64,000 bases of DNA from a virus (Duplodnaviria; Caudoviricetes), in IMG/VR virus record IMGVR_UViG_3300030433_001899, positions 29,115 to 93,114 of that record, one strand, 5' to 3'. Below, one piece after another: positions 1 through 12,500 of this stretch. How positions within the stretch are numbered: position 1 is the stretch's first letter; each line of letters starts with the position of its first letter. Under the pieces are notes generated by a model that did not search any database, was not told where the DNA came from, and saw only the letters and a program-made list of their open reading frames with translations. A program made the position numbers and the translations under genes.

Positions 1-64
1 TTTGAGATCTGGTGTGACCCTCGCGTCAGAGTTGGTCACGAGAAGACAAGAGTTATTTGATACT

Positions 65-235
65 ATGGCAGACTCTTACACGATCATCGTAAAAGGTGAG
101 GTAAGATACAAGAACCTTACTCAAGAAGAATACTTTGAGTATATGGATGACTTGTCGATAGAGTATTATCAGACAGGTCGTCCCCGTCCCTCGGACATTG
201 AAACTAAAATTACAGGAGACTACAAATGGCAATGA
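65..235 (+). CDS. small hypothetical phage protein
   Basis: The ORF track starts at TTG 2; ATG 65 (MADSYTIIVKGE...) is the more plausible start. No recognisable domain. Confidence 0.6.
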   Translation: MADSYTIIVKGEVRYKNLTQEEYFEYMDDLSIEYYQTGRPRPSDIETKITGDYKWQ

Positions 236-375
236 GATCAAAGGTTGGTGTGGTAAAAGACGGGTTTATGCCCGGAAAACCGAAGAAGACTCGTCAAGGG
301 TCCGGAAAAAACACTAAGTACGCCGCTTCTTCTCGCAATGCAAAACCTAAGGCATATCGCGGACAAGGTAAATAA
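226..375 (+). CDS. 49-aa highly basic small protein (not in ORF track)
   Basis: AGGAG at 214-218, ATG 226; translates MAMRSKVGVVKDGFMPGKPKKTRQGSGKNTKYAASSRNAKPKAYRGQGK-stop. Confidence 0.75.
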   Translation: MAMRSKVGVVKDGFMPGKPKKTRQGSGKNTKYAASSRNAKPKAYRGQGK

Positions 376-396
376 ACTTCAGATGTAACGAAATGT

Positions 397-1107
397 ATGG
401 CATGTCTTATTGCTAACCTTCCGTCAATGGAAGTATGGGTTCGTAAAGAATATCTGACGGACCATCAAAGTGGGCATGGTGAGTTTGTAAAGGGCGTTTG
501 GGTATCGGTTAAGTCGATACCTGGGCGTGCTTTTTATTTTGAAACTTACTTACCAGAATATGCAGCAATGTATGATAAGTTGCCCATCGCTGCTTTTGTC
601 TCAGATCCAGAGACGCCATCACCTGATATGAGTCTACCGAACCTACAGTTCTGGAACTGTATGGACTATGGTGTTGTATCAGTGGATAAGAAGTTCATTG
701 GTTCAATGGACTTTGAATGTTATACTAGAGACCATGGTATTGTTAAAGGTACATATGTCTGTACCATTGACAACTATCACCATGATCCAGACTATGTTGA
801 CTGGGCAACAAGTGAAAACCCTGCAGAACATAAGTCTCATAACTTAATAGAACTGGAAAATGGGCAGTATGCTCTTTATCCTAACAATAGACTTCGTATT
901 TTCGATAATAGTCTGACTCCAGTTGATCCAAAAATGCCTGATTTTAAGGTATCGACTCAATATTATCAAGTTGAAAATGGTAATGACCGTCTTGGTATGG
1001 GTCGTGAGGATGAATACTTCTGGAAAACAGCAAAAGAACGCGAAAATAAATACGAAGGAAGGGATACGAACCCCTCTAAAAGTTCTGATTCACCCAATCA
1101 GGAGTAA
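397..1107 (+). CDS. conserved hypothetical phage protein upstream of gp25
   Basis: 236-aa ORF with normal composition, in the gene run leading to gp25; function not recognised. Confidence 0.8.
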   Translation: MACLIANLPSMEVWVRKEYLTDHQSGHGEFVKGVWVSVKSIPGRAFYFETYLPEYAAMYDKLPIAAFVSDPETPSPDMSLPNLQFWNCMDYGVVSVDKKFIGSMDFECYTRDHGIVKGTYVCTIDNYHHDPDYVDWATSENPAEHKSHNLIELENGQYALYPNNRLRIFDNSLTPVDPKMPDFKVSTQYYQVENGNDRLGMGREDEYFWKTAKERENKYEGRDTNPSKSSDSPNQE

Positions 1108-1109
1108 AA

Positions 1110-1265
1110 ATGGCTAAGTATCACGTCGATCGTGATGTCAACTACATGTATCGTATGTGGGGAACCACAAGTTTAATCACTGACTATTGGACCAAGCCTA
1201 GAAAAACAGAAGATCCAGAAGAAATTGCCACTGAAGATATAAATAAAGGCAAGAAAACTAACTGA
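1110..1265 (+). CDS. 51-aa hypothetical protein (not in ORF track)
   Basis: GGAG at 1101-1104, ATG 1110, MAKYHVDRDVNYMYRMWGTTSLITDYW...; fills the gap to gp25. Confidence 0.65.
   Translation: MAKYHVDRDVNYMYRMWGTTSLITDYWTKPRKTEDPEEIATEDINKGKKTN
1238..1245 (+). promoter_or_regulatory. T4-type late promoter (gp55-dependent)
   Basis: Exact TATAAATA 24 nt before the gp25 start. Confidence 0.8.
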
Positions 1266-1268
1266 CCA

Positions 1269-1670
1269 ATGGCAATCACTAGGATATCAAGAGGTTTTAA
1301 AGACATTAGTTTGTCTTTTGAGCCTCATCCTGTGACAAAAGACTTGCCTGTTCTTAAAAATGCTAACGCTATCAAGCGTTCAGTTCGCAATTTAGTTCAA
1401 ACTATCCCAGGGGAGCGTTTTTTTCAACCTCTCCTGGGTTCTGACGTTCATAGTTCTTTATTTGACTTCGTTGATTTTGCTACTGCTGGTGTAATTGAGA
1501 AGCAAATTCTCACAACCATTCAAAATTTCGAACCAAGAGTTGGAAATGTAAAGGTCCAGGTGGAACCTGAGTCTGATGTGAACACTTTTTCAGTAACAGT
1601 TTACTTTGATATTGTTGGTCAAGACCTTCCTGTCCAAGATTTCACGTTCATATTAGAGGCGACACGCTGA
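1269..1670 (+). CDS. gp25: baseplate wedge subunit gp25
   Basis: FKDISLSF...AIKRSVRNLV.T.PGERFFQP.LGS...FEPRV GPW/gp25 signature; precedes gp6. Confidence 0.95.
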   Translation: MAITRISRGFKDISLSFEPHPVTKDLPVLKNANAIKRSVRNLVQTIPGERFFQPLLGSDVHSSLFDFVDFATAGVIEKQILTTIQNFEPRVGNVKVQVEPESDVNTFSVTVYFDIVGQDLPVQDFTFILEATR

Positions 1671-1671
1671 T

Positions 1672-3552
1672 ATGCCTTTTACTAAGTTTACAAACCTCGA
1701 TTTTGACCAAATTCGAGCATCAATTAAGAGTTACCTTCGTGCAGAATCCAAGTTTTCGGATTTTGATTTCGATGGTTCCAACTTTTCAGTCTTAATTGAC
1801 ACGCTTGCATACAATACTTACATTAATGCATTCAACTCTAACATGATTGTTAATGAATCCTTCTTGGATTCGGCAACATTAAGAGAGAATGTTGTTTCAT
1901 TAGCGCGAAATATTGGATATGTACCCCGTTCTAGAAGCGCAGCAAAGGCGCAGATAAGTTTTTCGGTACAATCTAAGAGTCCATCGACCACAATGACCCT
2001 TGATGCGGGTCTTGTATGTGTTGGACAAGCAGAAGATACGAATTATGTCTTCTCAATTCCTGAAGATGTGACGACTACCATCAATTCTGGTGTTGCAACG
2101 TTTAATAATATTGATATTTTACAAGGAACTTACCTTTCTAAACAGTTTATCGTCGATGGTTCGTTAGATCAACGTTTTATTCTTGATAATTCCTTCATTG
2201 ATACCTCAACTATTAGGGTAAATGTAAAAACAGCGAATGATACTGGTCCTGGAAGACCATTTACACCCTCTGATAACATTTTAAACATCGATAAGAACTC
2301 AGAAATCTATCTTTTACAAGAAGTTCAAGATGAGAAGTATGAAATTCTGTTTGGTGACGGATATTTTGGTAAAAAACTCTCTAACGGAGACGTAATTACT
2401 GTAAGTTACATCATTACAGACGGAAGAGATGGCAATGGAGCAACTTCTTTCGCATTTTCTGGTCGTGTAAGTGATAATTTTGGTGATCCTATCGTACCAA
2501 TTGCTGCAATAACGGTAACGACTGATAGAAAATCACAAAATGGTGGCGATATTGAACCTATCGACTCAATTAAGTACTTTGCACCAAGGATTTACTCCTC
2601 TCAGTACCGTGCAGTCACCGCTAGAGACTACGAAGCCATTATTCAGTCCATTTATCCTAACACAGAGTCCGTTTCTGTCGTCGGTGGTGAAGAATTAGAC
2701 CCACCACAGTTCGGTCAAGTCGTGATTAGCATTAAACCCAAGAATGGTGACTTTATTTCTGACTTTGATAAAGAGCAAATTGCTATCAAACTGAAAAATT
2801 ATGCAATTTCTGGAGTAAACCAACAAATTGTTGACCTTAAGGTCCTGTTTGTTGAAATTGATACTGCAGTTTACTACAACAGTTCGCAAGTTGTTGATGT
2901 AGCAGGTCTTCAGACTAAAGTTTCCAATACATTGAATACATTTGCCACAGCAAACGTCAGTAAGTTTGGTGGTCGCTTCAAATATAGCAAATTAGTTCAA
3001 GTTATTGATAATACTGACAATTCAATCACCTCTAATATCACAAGAGTTAGAATTAGAAGGAATTTGAAGGTGTTGGTCAACCAGTCAGCACAATACGAAC
3101 TTTGTTATGGTAACAAGTTTCACAAGAACCCCGAAGGTTTCAATATTAAGAGCACAGGTTTCAGTTTGACAGGTAAAACTGGCAAATTCTTCTTTACTGA
3201 CACTCCTGGTGAAGGTGACATCGGTGTTCTGTCGGTTGTTAAAGAAATCAATGATGATGGTCAGTATGAGGTCGCCGTTAAGTCTGCTGGAACAGTAGAT
3301 TATGCTAAAGGTGAGATACTCATCAATACTATCAATATTTCTGCTACTGACAAAGAGAATAATATTGTTGAAATTCAAGCATTCCCAGATTCTAACGATA
3401 TTATTGGTTTGAAGGATCTTTACCTCAGTTTCTCGGTTGCTGATAGCAAGATAAATATGGTGAGAGACACCATTACTTCAGGTGAGCAAATTTCGGGTGT
3501 TGGTTATAAGTCAACTTCCAGTTACCTAAACGGGGCATTAAAGAGGGTATAA
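1672..3552 (+). CDS. gp6: baseplate wedge subunit gp6
   Basis: LDFDQI...DFDGSNFSVLIDTLAYNT...FLDSATLRENVVSLARNIGYVP; RAVTARDYE. Confidence 0.95.
   Translation: MPFTKFTNLDFDQIRASIKSYLRAESKFSDFDFDGSNFSVLIDTLAYNTYINAFNSNMIVNESFLDSATLRENVVSLARNIGYVPRSRSAAKAQISFSVQSKSPSTTMTLDAGLVCVGQAEDTNYVFSIPEDVTTTINSGVATFNNIDILQGTYLSKQFIVDGSLDQRFILDNSFIDTSTIRVNVKTANDTGPGRPFTPSDNILNIDKNSEIYLLQEVQDEKYEILFGDGYFGKKLSNGDVITVSYIITDGRDGNGATSFAFSGRVSDNFGDPIVPIAAITVTTDRKSQNGGDIEPIDSIKYFAPRIYSSQYRAVTARDYEAIIQSIYPNTESVSVVGGEELDPPQFGQVVISIKPKNGDFISDFDKEQIAIKLKNYAISGVNQQIVDLKVLFVEIDTAVYYNSSQVVDVAGLQTKVSNTLNTFATANVSKFGGRFKYSKLVQVIDNTDNSITSNITRVRIRRNLKVLVNQSAQYELCYGNKFHKNPEGFNIKSTGFSLTGKTGKFFFTDTPGEGDIGVLSVVKEINDDGQYEVAVKSAGTVDYAKGEILINTINISATDKENNIVEIQAFPDSNDIIGLKDLYLSFSVADSKINMVRDTITSGEQISGVGYKSTSSYLNGALKRV
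3450..3457 (+). promoter_or_regulatory. late promoter inside gp6 3' end, serving gp7
   Basis: GATAAATA about 100 nt upstream of the gp7 start. Confidence 0.5.
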
Positions 3553-3556
3553 GTAG

Positions 3557-6500
3557 ATGATACAAACGGGCTTTGAAAAGAGAGTTAAAGTTCAACAAAT
3601 CGTTGAAAGTCAACTCCCAGACTTTTTAAGAGCAGAAAGTCCAAAAACTATTGACTTTCTTAAACAATATTATGCATCACAAGAATTTCAGAGTGGTCCT
3701 TCTGACCTTTCTGAAAACTTAGACCAGTATCTTAAATTTGATAACTTAACCCCTGAAGTAATTCAAGGTCAGACTACATTATACTCTAATGTATCAACTT
3801 CTGATGATACCATTCAGGTATTTTCTACCAAAGGTTTTCCATCAGATTATGGTCTTTTCAAGATAGGTGATGAAATCATTACCTACACCGGACTCACAAC
3901 AAATACCTTCACAGGATGCGTCAGAGGGTTCAGTGGCATCACCTCCTATAGAACTGACCTTGACCAAGAGGAACTCGTCTTCCAGGAGACTACAAGTGCC
4001 TCTCACACCGCTGGAGACGAGGTTCAGAACCTCAGTGCACTGTTTCTGAAGGAGTTTTACAGGAAACTCAAATATACCTATGCTCCTGGGTTTGAGGATG
4101 TATCATTTGTATCAGATCTTGACGTAAACAACTTTCTTAAAGAGGTTAGAAGTTTTTACGAATCAAAGGGAACAGAAGAGTCATATAACATCATTTTCAA
4201 AGTATTATTTGGTGAAACTCCAAAGGTTGTTGACCTCGAAGAGTTTCTCCCCAAACCTTCTTCTGCAAAATATATTAGAAGAGAGCAAGTTGTTGTTGAG
4301 CGTGTATCTGGTGACCCCAACAAACTTGTAGGACAAACGATTCAGAAGTCTTCTGACCCAAATACACAAGGTTCAGTATCTGAAGTAGAAATATTCACTA
4401 GATCTGGTATCAATACATTCTTCAAACTTGGTTTGTTTGTCGGATATGATGATAAAGACCTTATTGAAGGAACATTTGTAATTCAACCAGAAACCAAAGT
4501 TATCAACCCTGTTGCTCCAGGTGGAACAACTATTACTGTTGATTCTACAGTTGGTTTTGGAACCACTGGAACTATTATTGCTGGTGATACTGCAATCACC
4601 TACTCTGACAAAACTATCAACCAGTTCTTAGGTTGTCAAAATGTTGTAAATGCACTTCCAACAAAGACTTCGCTTAGAACAAATGAAACTTTCATTGGAT
4701 ATGAAGATGGAGACATAACAAAGAAGGTAGAAGTAAGAGTAACTGGTGTTCTTAAGGACATCAAACCAGTTAATGATATTGTACTTGCAACTGAAGGTCA
4801 GAAAGTCAATGTCAAGAACGTTGGTGAAAAGATAAAGAATCCAGTAGAGAAAACTTACAAGCAGTTATTTGCTAACTCCTGGGTCTATAACACTAGTGCT
4901 CGTTTCTTCATTGATACCATTAATGGTTCCAACTTTGACCTCAAGTCTGAACCAGATAAGTCAAATTTAAAAGTTGGTGATAAGGTTGATGTATTAGTTG
5001 AGAGTTCTGAAGTTGTTGCAGCCGCTGATGCTGAAGTAGCATCGATCAATGGAAAGCAAATTACTTTGAATAATCTGGGTGGTTTTTCACCTACTGTCAA
5101 TGTTGAGTATAGTGTTAGAAGAAAACTCAACACTGCCACAAGTTCTGGAACACCTATCTTGCAAGGTGATAATATCCTTACAACAGATATTCAAAATGTT
5201 TACAATGAGAATGATGAGCACATGTATGTTGCATCAAACTCATTACCTTCGTATGATATTACGAAAACAACCTTCAATGCATCTATTTCTTCAATAACTG
5301 GTGCTTTCCAAAACTTCAATGCTGCTACACTTAAGTATTCTATTCTTTCTTTCCCATCACCAGTACCATTTGTAACTGGAGATGAGGTTGTTTATAGTAC
5401 AACTGGTAACAATATTATTGGTTTACCTGAAGGTTCTTACTTCGTAAAGGTTCTTTCACTTTCAAACCAAATCAAACTCTATAGGTCTAGGTCTCTTATT
5501 GTCACTGACACTGCAGAAGAGTTTGATATTCCTAGTGGAACACAAACGCATACTTTTACTCTTGTCAGTCAAAAGTCAAATGCTATTACACCACAAAAAC
5601 TTTTAAGAAAGTTTCCAATACCCGTTAACATTAAAAATGGTGAAGCATCACCTACTGCACCTGGTGCAACAGGTATGTTTGTAAATGGTGTTGAACTTCT
5701 CAACTACAAGTCAGAAGATAAGATATACTTTGGTCCTCTCTCTGATGCACGTATCTACACAGGTGGCACAGGATATGATGTTATCAATTTACCAAATATA
5801 GACATCGCTGGCAATGCAGCGGTTCAACCAGTTGTAAGAGGTGAACTAAAAGAAATTATCGTAGACCCTCAGTCATTTGATATTAACAGAGTAATATCAG
5901 CAACATTGACAGGTGGTAATGGAAGTGGTGCTATATTAGAGCCTATTGTTGATAGAAGAAATAGAGAGTTAGAATTTGACTCACGTCTAACGACTTTTGG
6001 TGGTGGAGTTGATTTTACTAATGATGATATTTCGTTCCCAGTAGACCACAAACTTACTAGTGGTGAAGCATTACTGTATAACTCAAAAGGCAATGCTGGT
6101 ATTGGTATTGGTGACTATCAAGGATCTAACGTAATAGGAACCAACAAACTCAATAACGGTTCAACTTACTATGCAGAAGTTGTAAACAATAGATCCATTA
6201 GACTCTACGAAACAGAGAATGACTATGCAAGTGGAATCAACACAGTTGGTTTCACCACAGCAAACAACACTGGAACACATTCTTTCAAACTTCGTGAAAG
6301 TAAGAATTACTTAAAAGAAATCAAAGTTATCAACCCTGGTTCTGGTTATGAAAACAGAAAACTGTTTGTGCAACCAACTGGTGTAGATACCGTATCAAAT
6401 TCGATCAAGTTTGAAAACCATGGTTTTTCTGATGGAGATGTTGTTGTTTATTCATCTGACGGAACTTTAGTAAATGGTCTCAATACTACTGACCAATACT

Positions 6501-9500
6501 CAGTTATTAAGCTATCCGATGATGAGTTTAGACTCGCCAACTCTGGTATTGGTGCTACGGACTTAGGAAACTTCAATAGAAACAACTATGTCAAGTTTGC
6601 TACATCTGGTGTAGGAACACAGTTTTTTGCCTATCCAGATGTTGAACTGACACTAAATGTGGACTATGGTGGTTCATCAAATACTATCACAGCAACCCCA
6701 GTCATTCGTGGTCCAATCGTTGATCTTTATCTCTATGATGCTGGTTCTGGTTATGGAAGCACTGTGCTTAACTTCCATAAGAAACCTGATATTGATATTG
6801 AAGTAGGTAAAGAAGCAGAGGTTCAAGTTATTGTTTCAAACGGACGTATTAACAGAGCACAAATTATTAACCCTGGTTCCGAGTACACATCCGCTCCTGA
6901 TCTCAATATCACTGGTGATGGTATTGGTGGTAAGTTAAGAGCAGTAGTTTCTGACGGTAAACTGACTGATGTTATTATCATCAACGCTGGTATTGGATAT
7001 TCCACAGCAAATACTTTAGTCAAAGTTGTACCTAACGGACAAAATGCATTTATTGAGGCTTCTGTAAGACATTTAAGTGTTAACAACCACAATAGGTTTG
7101 GAAATGAAGTCCTCACCGAAGGAGTTGGTGGTCTTCAATATGCAATGGTTGGTTATTCAACTGCCATCGGTTCATCCGAATATGGTGATAACGATTCTAC
7201 AGTTCACTCCCCGATTATTGGTTGGGCGTATGATGGAAACCCAATTTACGGGTCATATGGATATTCTGATGCATCCGACTCAAACTCTGACATTCAGGTT
7301 GTAAGAAGTGGATATGTCTTATCACCATCTGATGTTGTTGATAGACCCTCTGGATTCTCAAATGGTTTCTTTGTTGAGGACTTCAAGTTTGATAACTCTG
7401 GAGAACTGGATCAATACAACGGCAGATTCGCAAAGACACCAGAGTTTCCAAATGGAACTTACGCTTACTATGCTGGTATTAACAGCAGTACTTATGCACC
7501 AACTTTCCCATTCTTTATTGGACATCAGTATAGATCAGTTCCTATCACTCAAAACGTAGACCAAGACTTTAAGTTTGAGTCTTCTCAACTCATTAGAAAT
7601 ACACTTCCATATGGTGTTGGTGACCTGGGTATTGATAACGACTTCATTACTGAACCCAATGAAATTAGACTATCTGACTCAACTATTAAGTCGGTCAGCA
7701 AGGGTTCTGTAGAGTCTCTCATCGTTAATGAGTCTGGTGATGGATACAAGGTAGGTGATGTCGCCTCATTTGACAACACAGGGTCTTCAGGAGGCGGTGT
7801 AAGCGCCGCTGTAGAGTCTCTCCAAGGTAAGACTATAAACGAACTCACAACCACTGTTGAGAGTTATCAGAACGTCCAGTTCGTTTGGGATAAGCAAGGT
7901 CAAGTATCTGGAAATATTATCCCAACACACACTCTCCTTAATAATGATACTGTTATTGTTTCTGGAGTATCAACATCCATTAAAGGACTGAGTGCTAACC
8001 ATAAAATTGGTGTATCATCTGAAAGCGTCATTCTCTTTGCAGAGTTGCCTAGTAATGCAACAGTTGGTGTTGTAACTGATATCTTTGTTAATAAAATTCC
8101 TTCTACAGTTTCTGTTGGAAGCACTATTCAAATTAATGCAGAGAGACTCTCTGTTCTTGGAACCTTTAATGATAGAAAGGTCATCAGAGCCTTAAGAGGA
8201 GAAACAGTCGGTACAGCACACACAGCATCCACACCTCTTACAGTTATTACAGGATCGTTCACATTACCACTCGATGTTCCAAAGTTTGAGTCAAAACTTG
8301 ACGACAAAGTATATTTCAATCCACTTCAAGCAGTTGGTTTTGGAACTGAGGCAGGTATTGGAACAACAAGAAATTATGTTGTTGGTAATGTTGGAAAATC
8401 TGTAAATATCCCAACTCAGAGTCTTTACATTCCAAACCATCCATTCACTGATGGTCAACAAGTTACATTTAGAAGACTGAATGCAACAAGTGGTATTTCT
8501 GTCTCAAATGCAGGAGATAGCACTCCATTCTTGATTCCACAAGTTGCTGATAGCGAAACCATGTTCGTTATCAAGAAGTCTGATGATGTTATTGGTCTTA
8601 CCACTGTAGTTGGTCTCTCTACTGGCGGTGGTCTGTTCTGGCGTTCTTTCGGCACCAATAGCAGTGACGAGGACTTCCAGTATTCCCTTGAGTCAAACTA
8701 TGATCAAGTTACTGCAAGAGTTCAAAAAATCAAGTCTACAGTCTCGGTTTCAACCTCTCATGGACTGGAAGAAAATGACGTTATTCAACTTACTGTAAAA
8801 CCAAGTCTTTCAGTTGGTATTGGTGAGTCAACAGCAGTTGTAGTAAAGTATAACTCAGCAAATGATAAACTTTCTATTAATCCCATTGGTTTTGGTAATA
8901 CTGCTGTAACAGTCAATACAGATAACTTTGAGTTAATGAACCACGGTTTCTTAAGTGGTGACAAAGTATTCTATAACTCATCTTCTGCTATCGGTGGTTT
9001 ACCAGTTGGTTCATACTTTGTAAACAGAGTTGATGATAATAACTTCAAACTGTGTCTTACCAGATCTGATAGTCTTGCATCACCACCTATTGCTATCAAC
9101 CTAACCTCTCAGGGTTCGGGTCACGAAATATCTAAAATTAACCCTCAAATCCCTGTTGTTGAAAACAACGACTTAGTATTTGATGTTTCAGACTCAAGTC
9201 TTTCTGGATACAACTTCAAACTCTTCTATGATGAAGAGTTTAATAATGAGTTAGTTTCAATAGGTACGACCACAACCTTTAGTGTTGCTGGTGTTGGAAC
9301 AGTTGGTCTTTCTGGAGCAACAGTCACTCTTAACTACAATGAGAGTCTACCAGCTAAGGTATATTATTCTCTGGAGAAGTCTGGATACATTAGCACCTCT
9401 GATGTAGATGTATCAAATAACTCGGAAATTCTTTTCATTGAAAGTTCTTATAACAATTCTTACACTGTCTCTGGTGTAGGAGCAACCACTTTTGATATTT

Positions 9501-12500
9501 CTATACCTGAGTATCCTGAAAAACTATCTTACAACCAAGGTAATACTGACAAACTTTCTTACACTACAAAGTCTGCTGCTGCAAGTGGTGGTGTAAATTC
9601 AATGCAGATTACTTATGGAGGTTCTGGTTACAAGAAACTTCCTAAGTTTGTAAGTATTGCATCTACCGCTGGGGTCAACGCTGACATCATTCCAGACTCT
9701 AAGTCTATTGGAAGAATTGTTGAATTTAATGTTGATGACCCAGGTTTTGACTTCTCTGCAGATACTACCTTAAGTCCAGAGGTTCTTTTCTCACCAAACT
9801 TAACTATTGTTGATAGAAACATTGTTAGTGATATTGAAATTGTAGACGGTGGTAAAAAATATACCTCTGCACCAGATCTGATTATTGCAGATCCAGAAAC
9901 TGGAGTTCCTTATACCACTGGTCAACTAAAAGCAACTATTCAAGGTGCATCTGTTTCGTCTGTAGAAATTATTGATACACCAATCGGTATTTCCGATAAC
10001 AAGAACAAAGTTTATGCCATAAACAACTCAAACGGTGTAGGTATCAGTAGTGTTATTGCCAACTCAACTGGTATTGTTACTTGTGTTCTTGTTACACCTG
10101 TAAACAACTTTACTACAGCACCATTTGCTGTAGGTGATGAAATATTTGTTGAGGGTATTCAAAAGAATGACTCAACTGGAACAGGTTTCAACTCTGCTGA
10201 CTATAAGTATCAGTTCTTCAAGGTATCTCAATATAATGCTACTAACCCAGCAAGAGTAATATTTGATATCTCTAGTTTGACTACTAATGCTGGTGTAGCC
10301 GTAACTGACTCTAACACTTACGCATCAGTCATTCATAAGAATGATTATCCAGTCTTTAATGTAGTTCAAGAACCAAAGAATTTCATTGTTGGAGAAAAAC
10401 TTCTTAGTAAGTCTGGGTCAACATACAGTCAAGTTGATCTTGTTGTTCAGGAAGTTCAAAGTGATAATCTTAAGGTTATTGGAAGGTATGAGTTGAGTGA
10501 AGGAGAACAAGTATTTGGTCGTGACTCTGGAACCCTTGCAACTATCAAAACTATTGTAGAAAATAGAGCAAGATACGTTGTTGACTATTCTTCGACAAGA
10601 GAACTTGGATGGTCTGATGATATTGGTAAAGTCAACCTCGACTATCAGGTCCTACCAGATAATGACTATTATCAGAATCTCTCATACACTATCAAGAGTA
10701 GCATCACTTATGATGATGTTGCGGATAAAGTGAGAGGTTTGGTCCACCCAACTGGAATGAAGGACTTTGTAGACACTGAAATTACTTCAACTACTAGTGT
10801 TGGACCAAAGAGTGGAACAGATGCAGTAGACACAGCAACCATTGATATTATTAACACAAATATTGACGGTTCTACCATGAGAGTAGACACCATCAATTTC
10901 TTAGACCTTGGTATTGATATTGACGCTCAAAATAACAAATCTAAGTTTATCAAGTTTGCTAATAGAAAACTGACTGACTACTTTAAGTGTGTGTCAAACA
11001 GAGTTCTGATGATGGATGATATCGCCAATCAGTTCTCTAACACTGATAGTGAGACAAATGAATTTGTTGATCTCAATGACTTCAGCATACTTGATGGTCT
11101 GACACGTTTCCTTGTTCAAGTCAAGAATGTTAATAATGATGAAAGACAACTGACTGAGATTTACACATTACCAACTCCTAACGCTGATATCATTACTTTT
11201 GAGAAAGGAAGCGTATTCAATACATCTTCCAAGTTAGGTGATGTAACTGGAAACATTGATGAGAATGGTGTCTTATCTCTTAGATTCACACCTGTTGATG
11301 CTTTAGAGCAAGACTTTGATATTAAAGTGTTGAAAGAAAACTTTAACACTTCACTTGCTGGAATCAATACTTCATCTATTGGTTTCGTCAAAGTAACTGG
11401 CACAAATAGCATTGTTGGTTCTGGTTCAAGTGCAAATCTCATAGTTACTGATAATGAAACCGCATTTGCCTTTGTTGAGGTAATTGATCAAACAACTGAT
11501 GAAAGAAACTTTGTAGAAATGTTCATTGAAAAAGATGGAACACAAACAAACGTTTCACAATACTTCCTTGACAACGCACCAAATAACTTCAGCACTAACT
11601 TTATTGGAACATTTACCTCATACTTAGACTCTGGTTCTATCAAGTTGAACTTTGAGAATACTGAGACCAATAGTGTTTTGGTAAGAGCAAAGGTTGTTTC
11701 ATTCGATGATACTTCCGTCGGTATTGGAACATATAGGTTCAAGGCTTTCAACCAACCAGATGGATCAGAAAATTCCGCTCGCCTACAGTCCAACTTCTCC
11801 TCTGGAACTGGTGTAAGAGATATTGTTACTCTTGATGCTCTTGATGTAACTTCTATTAAGTCTGTTGTTCAGGTAGAAACCGGCAACTCAACTGCAGTTC
11901 ACCAAGTCTTGACTGTAAATGATGGTATTGAAGCAACTACCACCCAGATGCCATTCCTTTCAATTGGAAGTACTTCTGGCATTGGAACATTTGGTTCTGA
12001 GTTTAGTGGTTCTGATATCACAATGAAGTTCTATCCAGACGCTTCAGTTTCTGGTATCGTTACAGTTAAAGCGTTCAATGAACTTCTTCAAACTGATACA
12101 GATTTGGTAAATGTACCAAACCCTCTTGAAGTTGGAACATTTACTCAGACTTTCCTCACGGGTGCATATAATGCAATCAACGGTCCAAGAGCGAATAGAA
12201 CTAACTTCATTGCACAGCATGATGGTGTTCCTATTTTCAGAAAGACATTCAACCCAGGCATTTCTACAGTATTAGATCTTACTAACGATACTTTCAATAT
12301 TGACGATCACTTCTTCAACACTGGTGAAAGACTGGTTTATAACCCTGGTTCATCTTTTGCAGGTGTTGCAGGAACTGCTATTCAAACATCTGGTGGAACT
12401 GATCTTCCAACCGAAGTTTACGCTATTCGTGTTAATAAGGATCAGTTCAAACTTGCATCATCTAAGTCAAATGCAAACTCAGGAACTGCATTAACTATCA

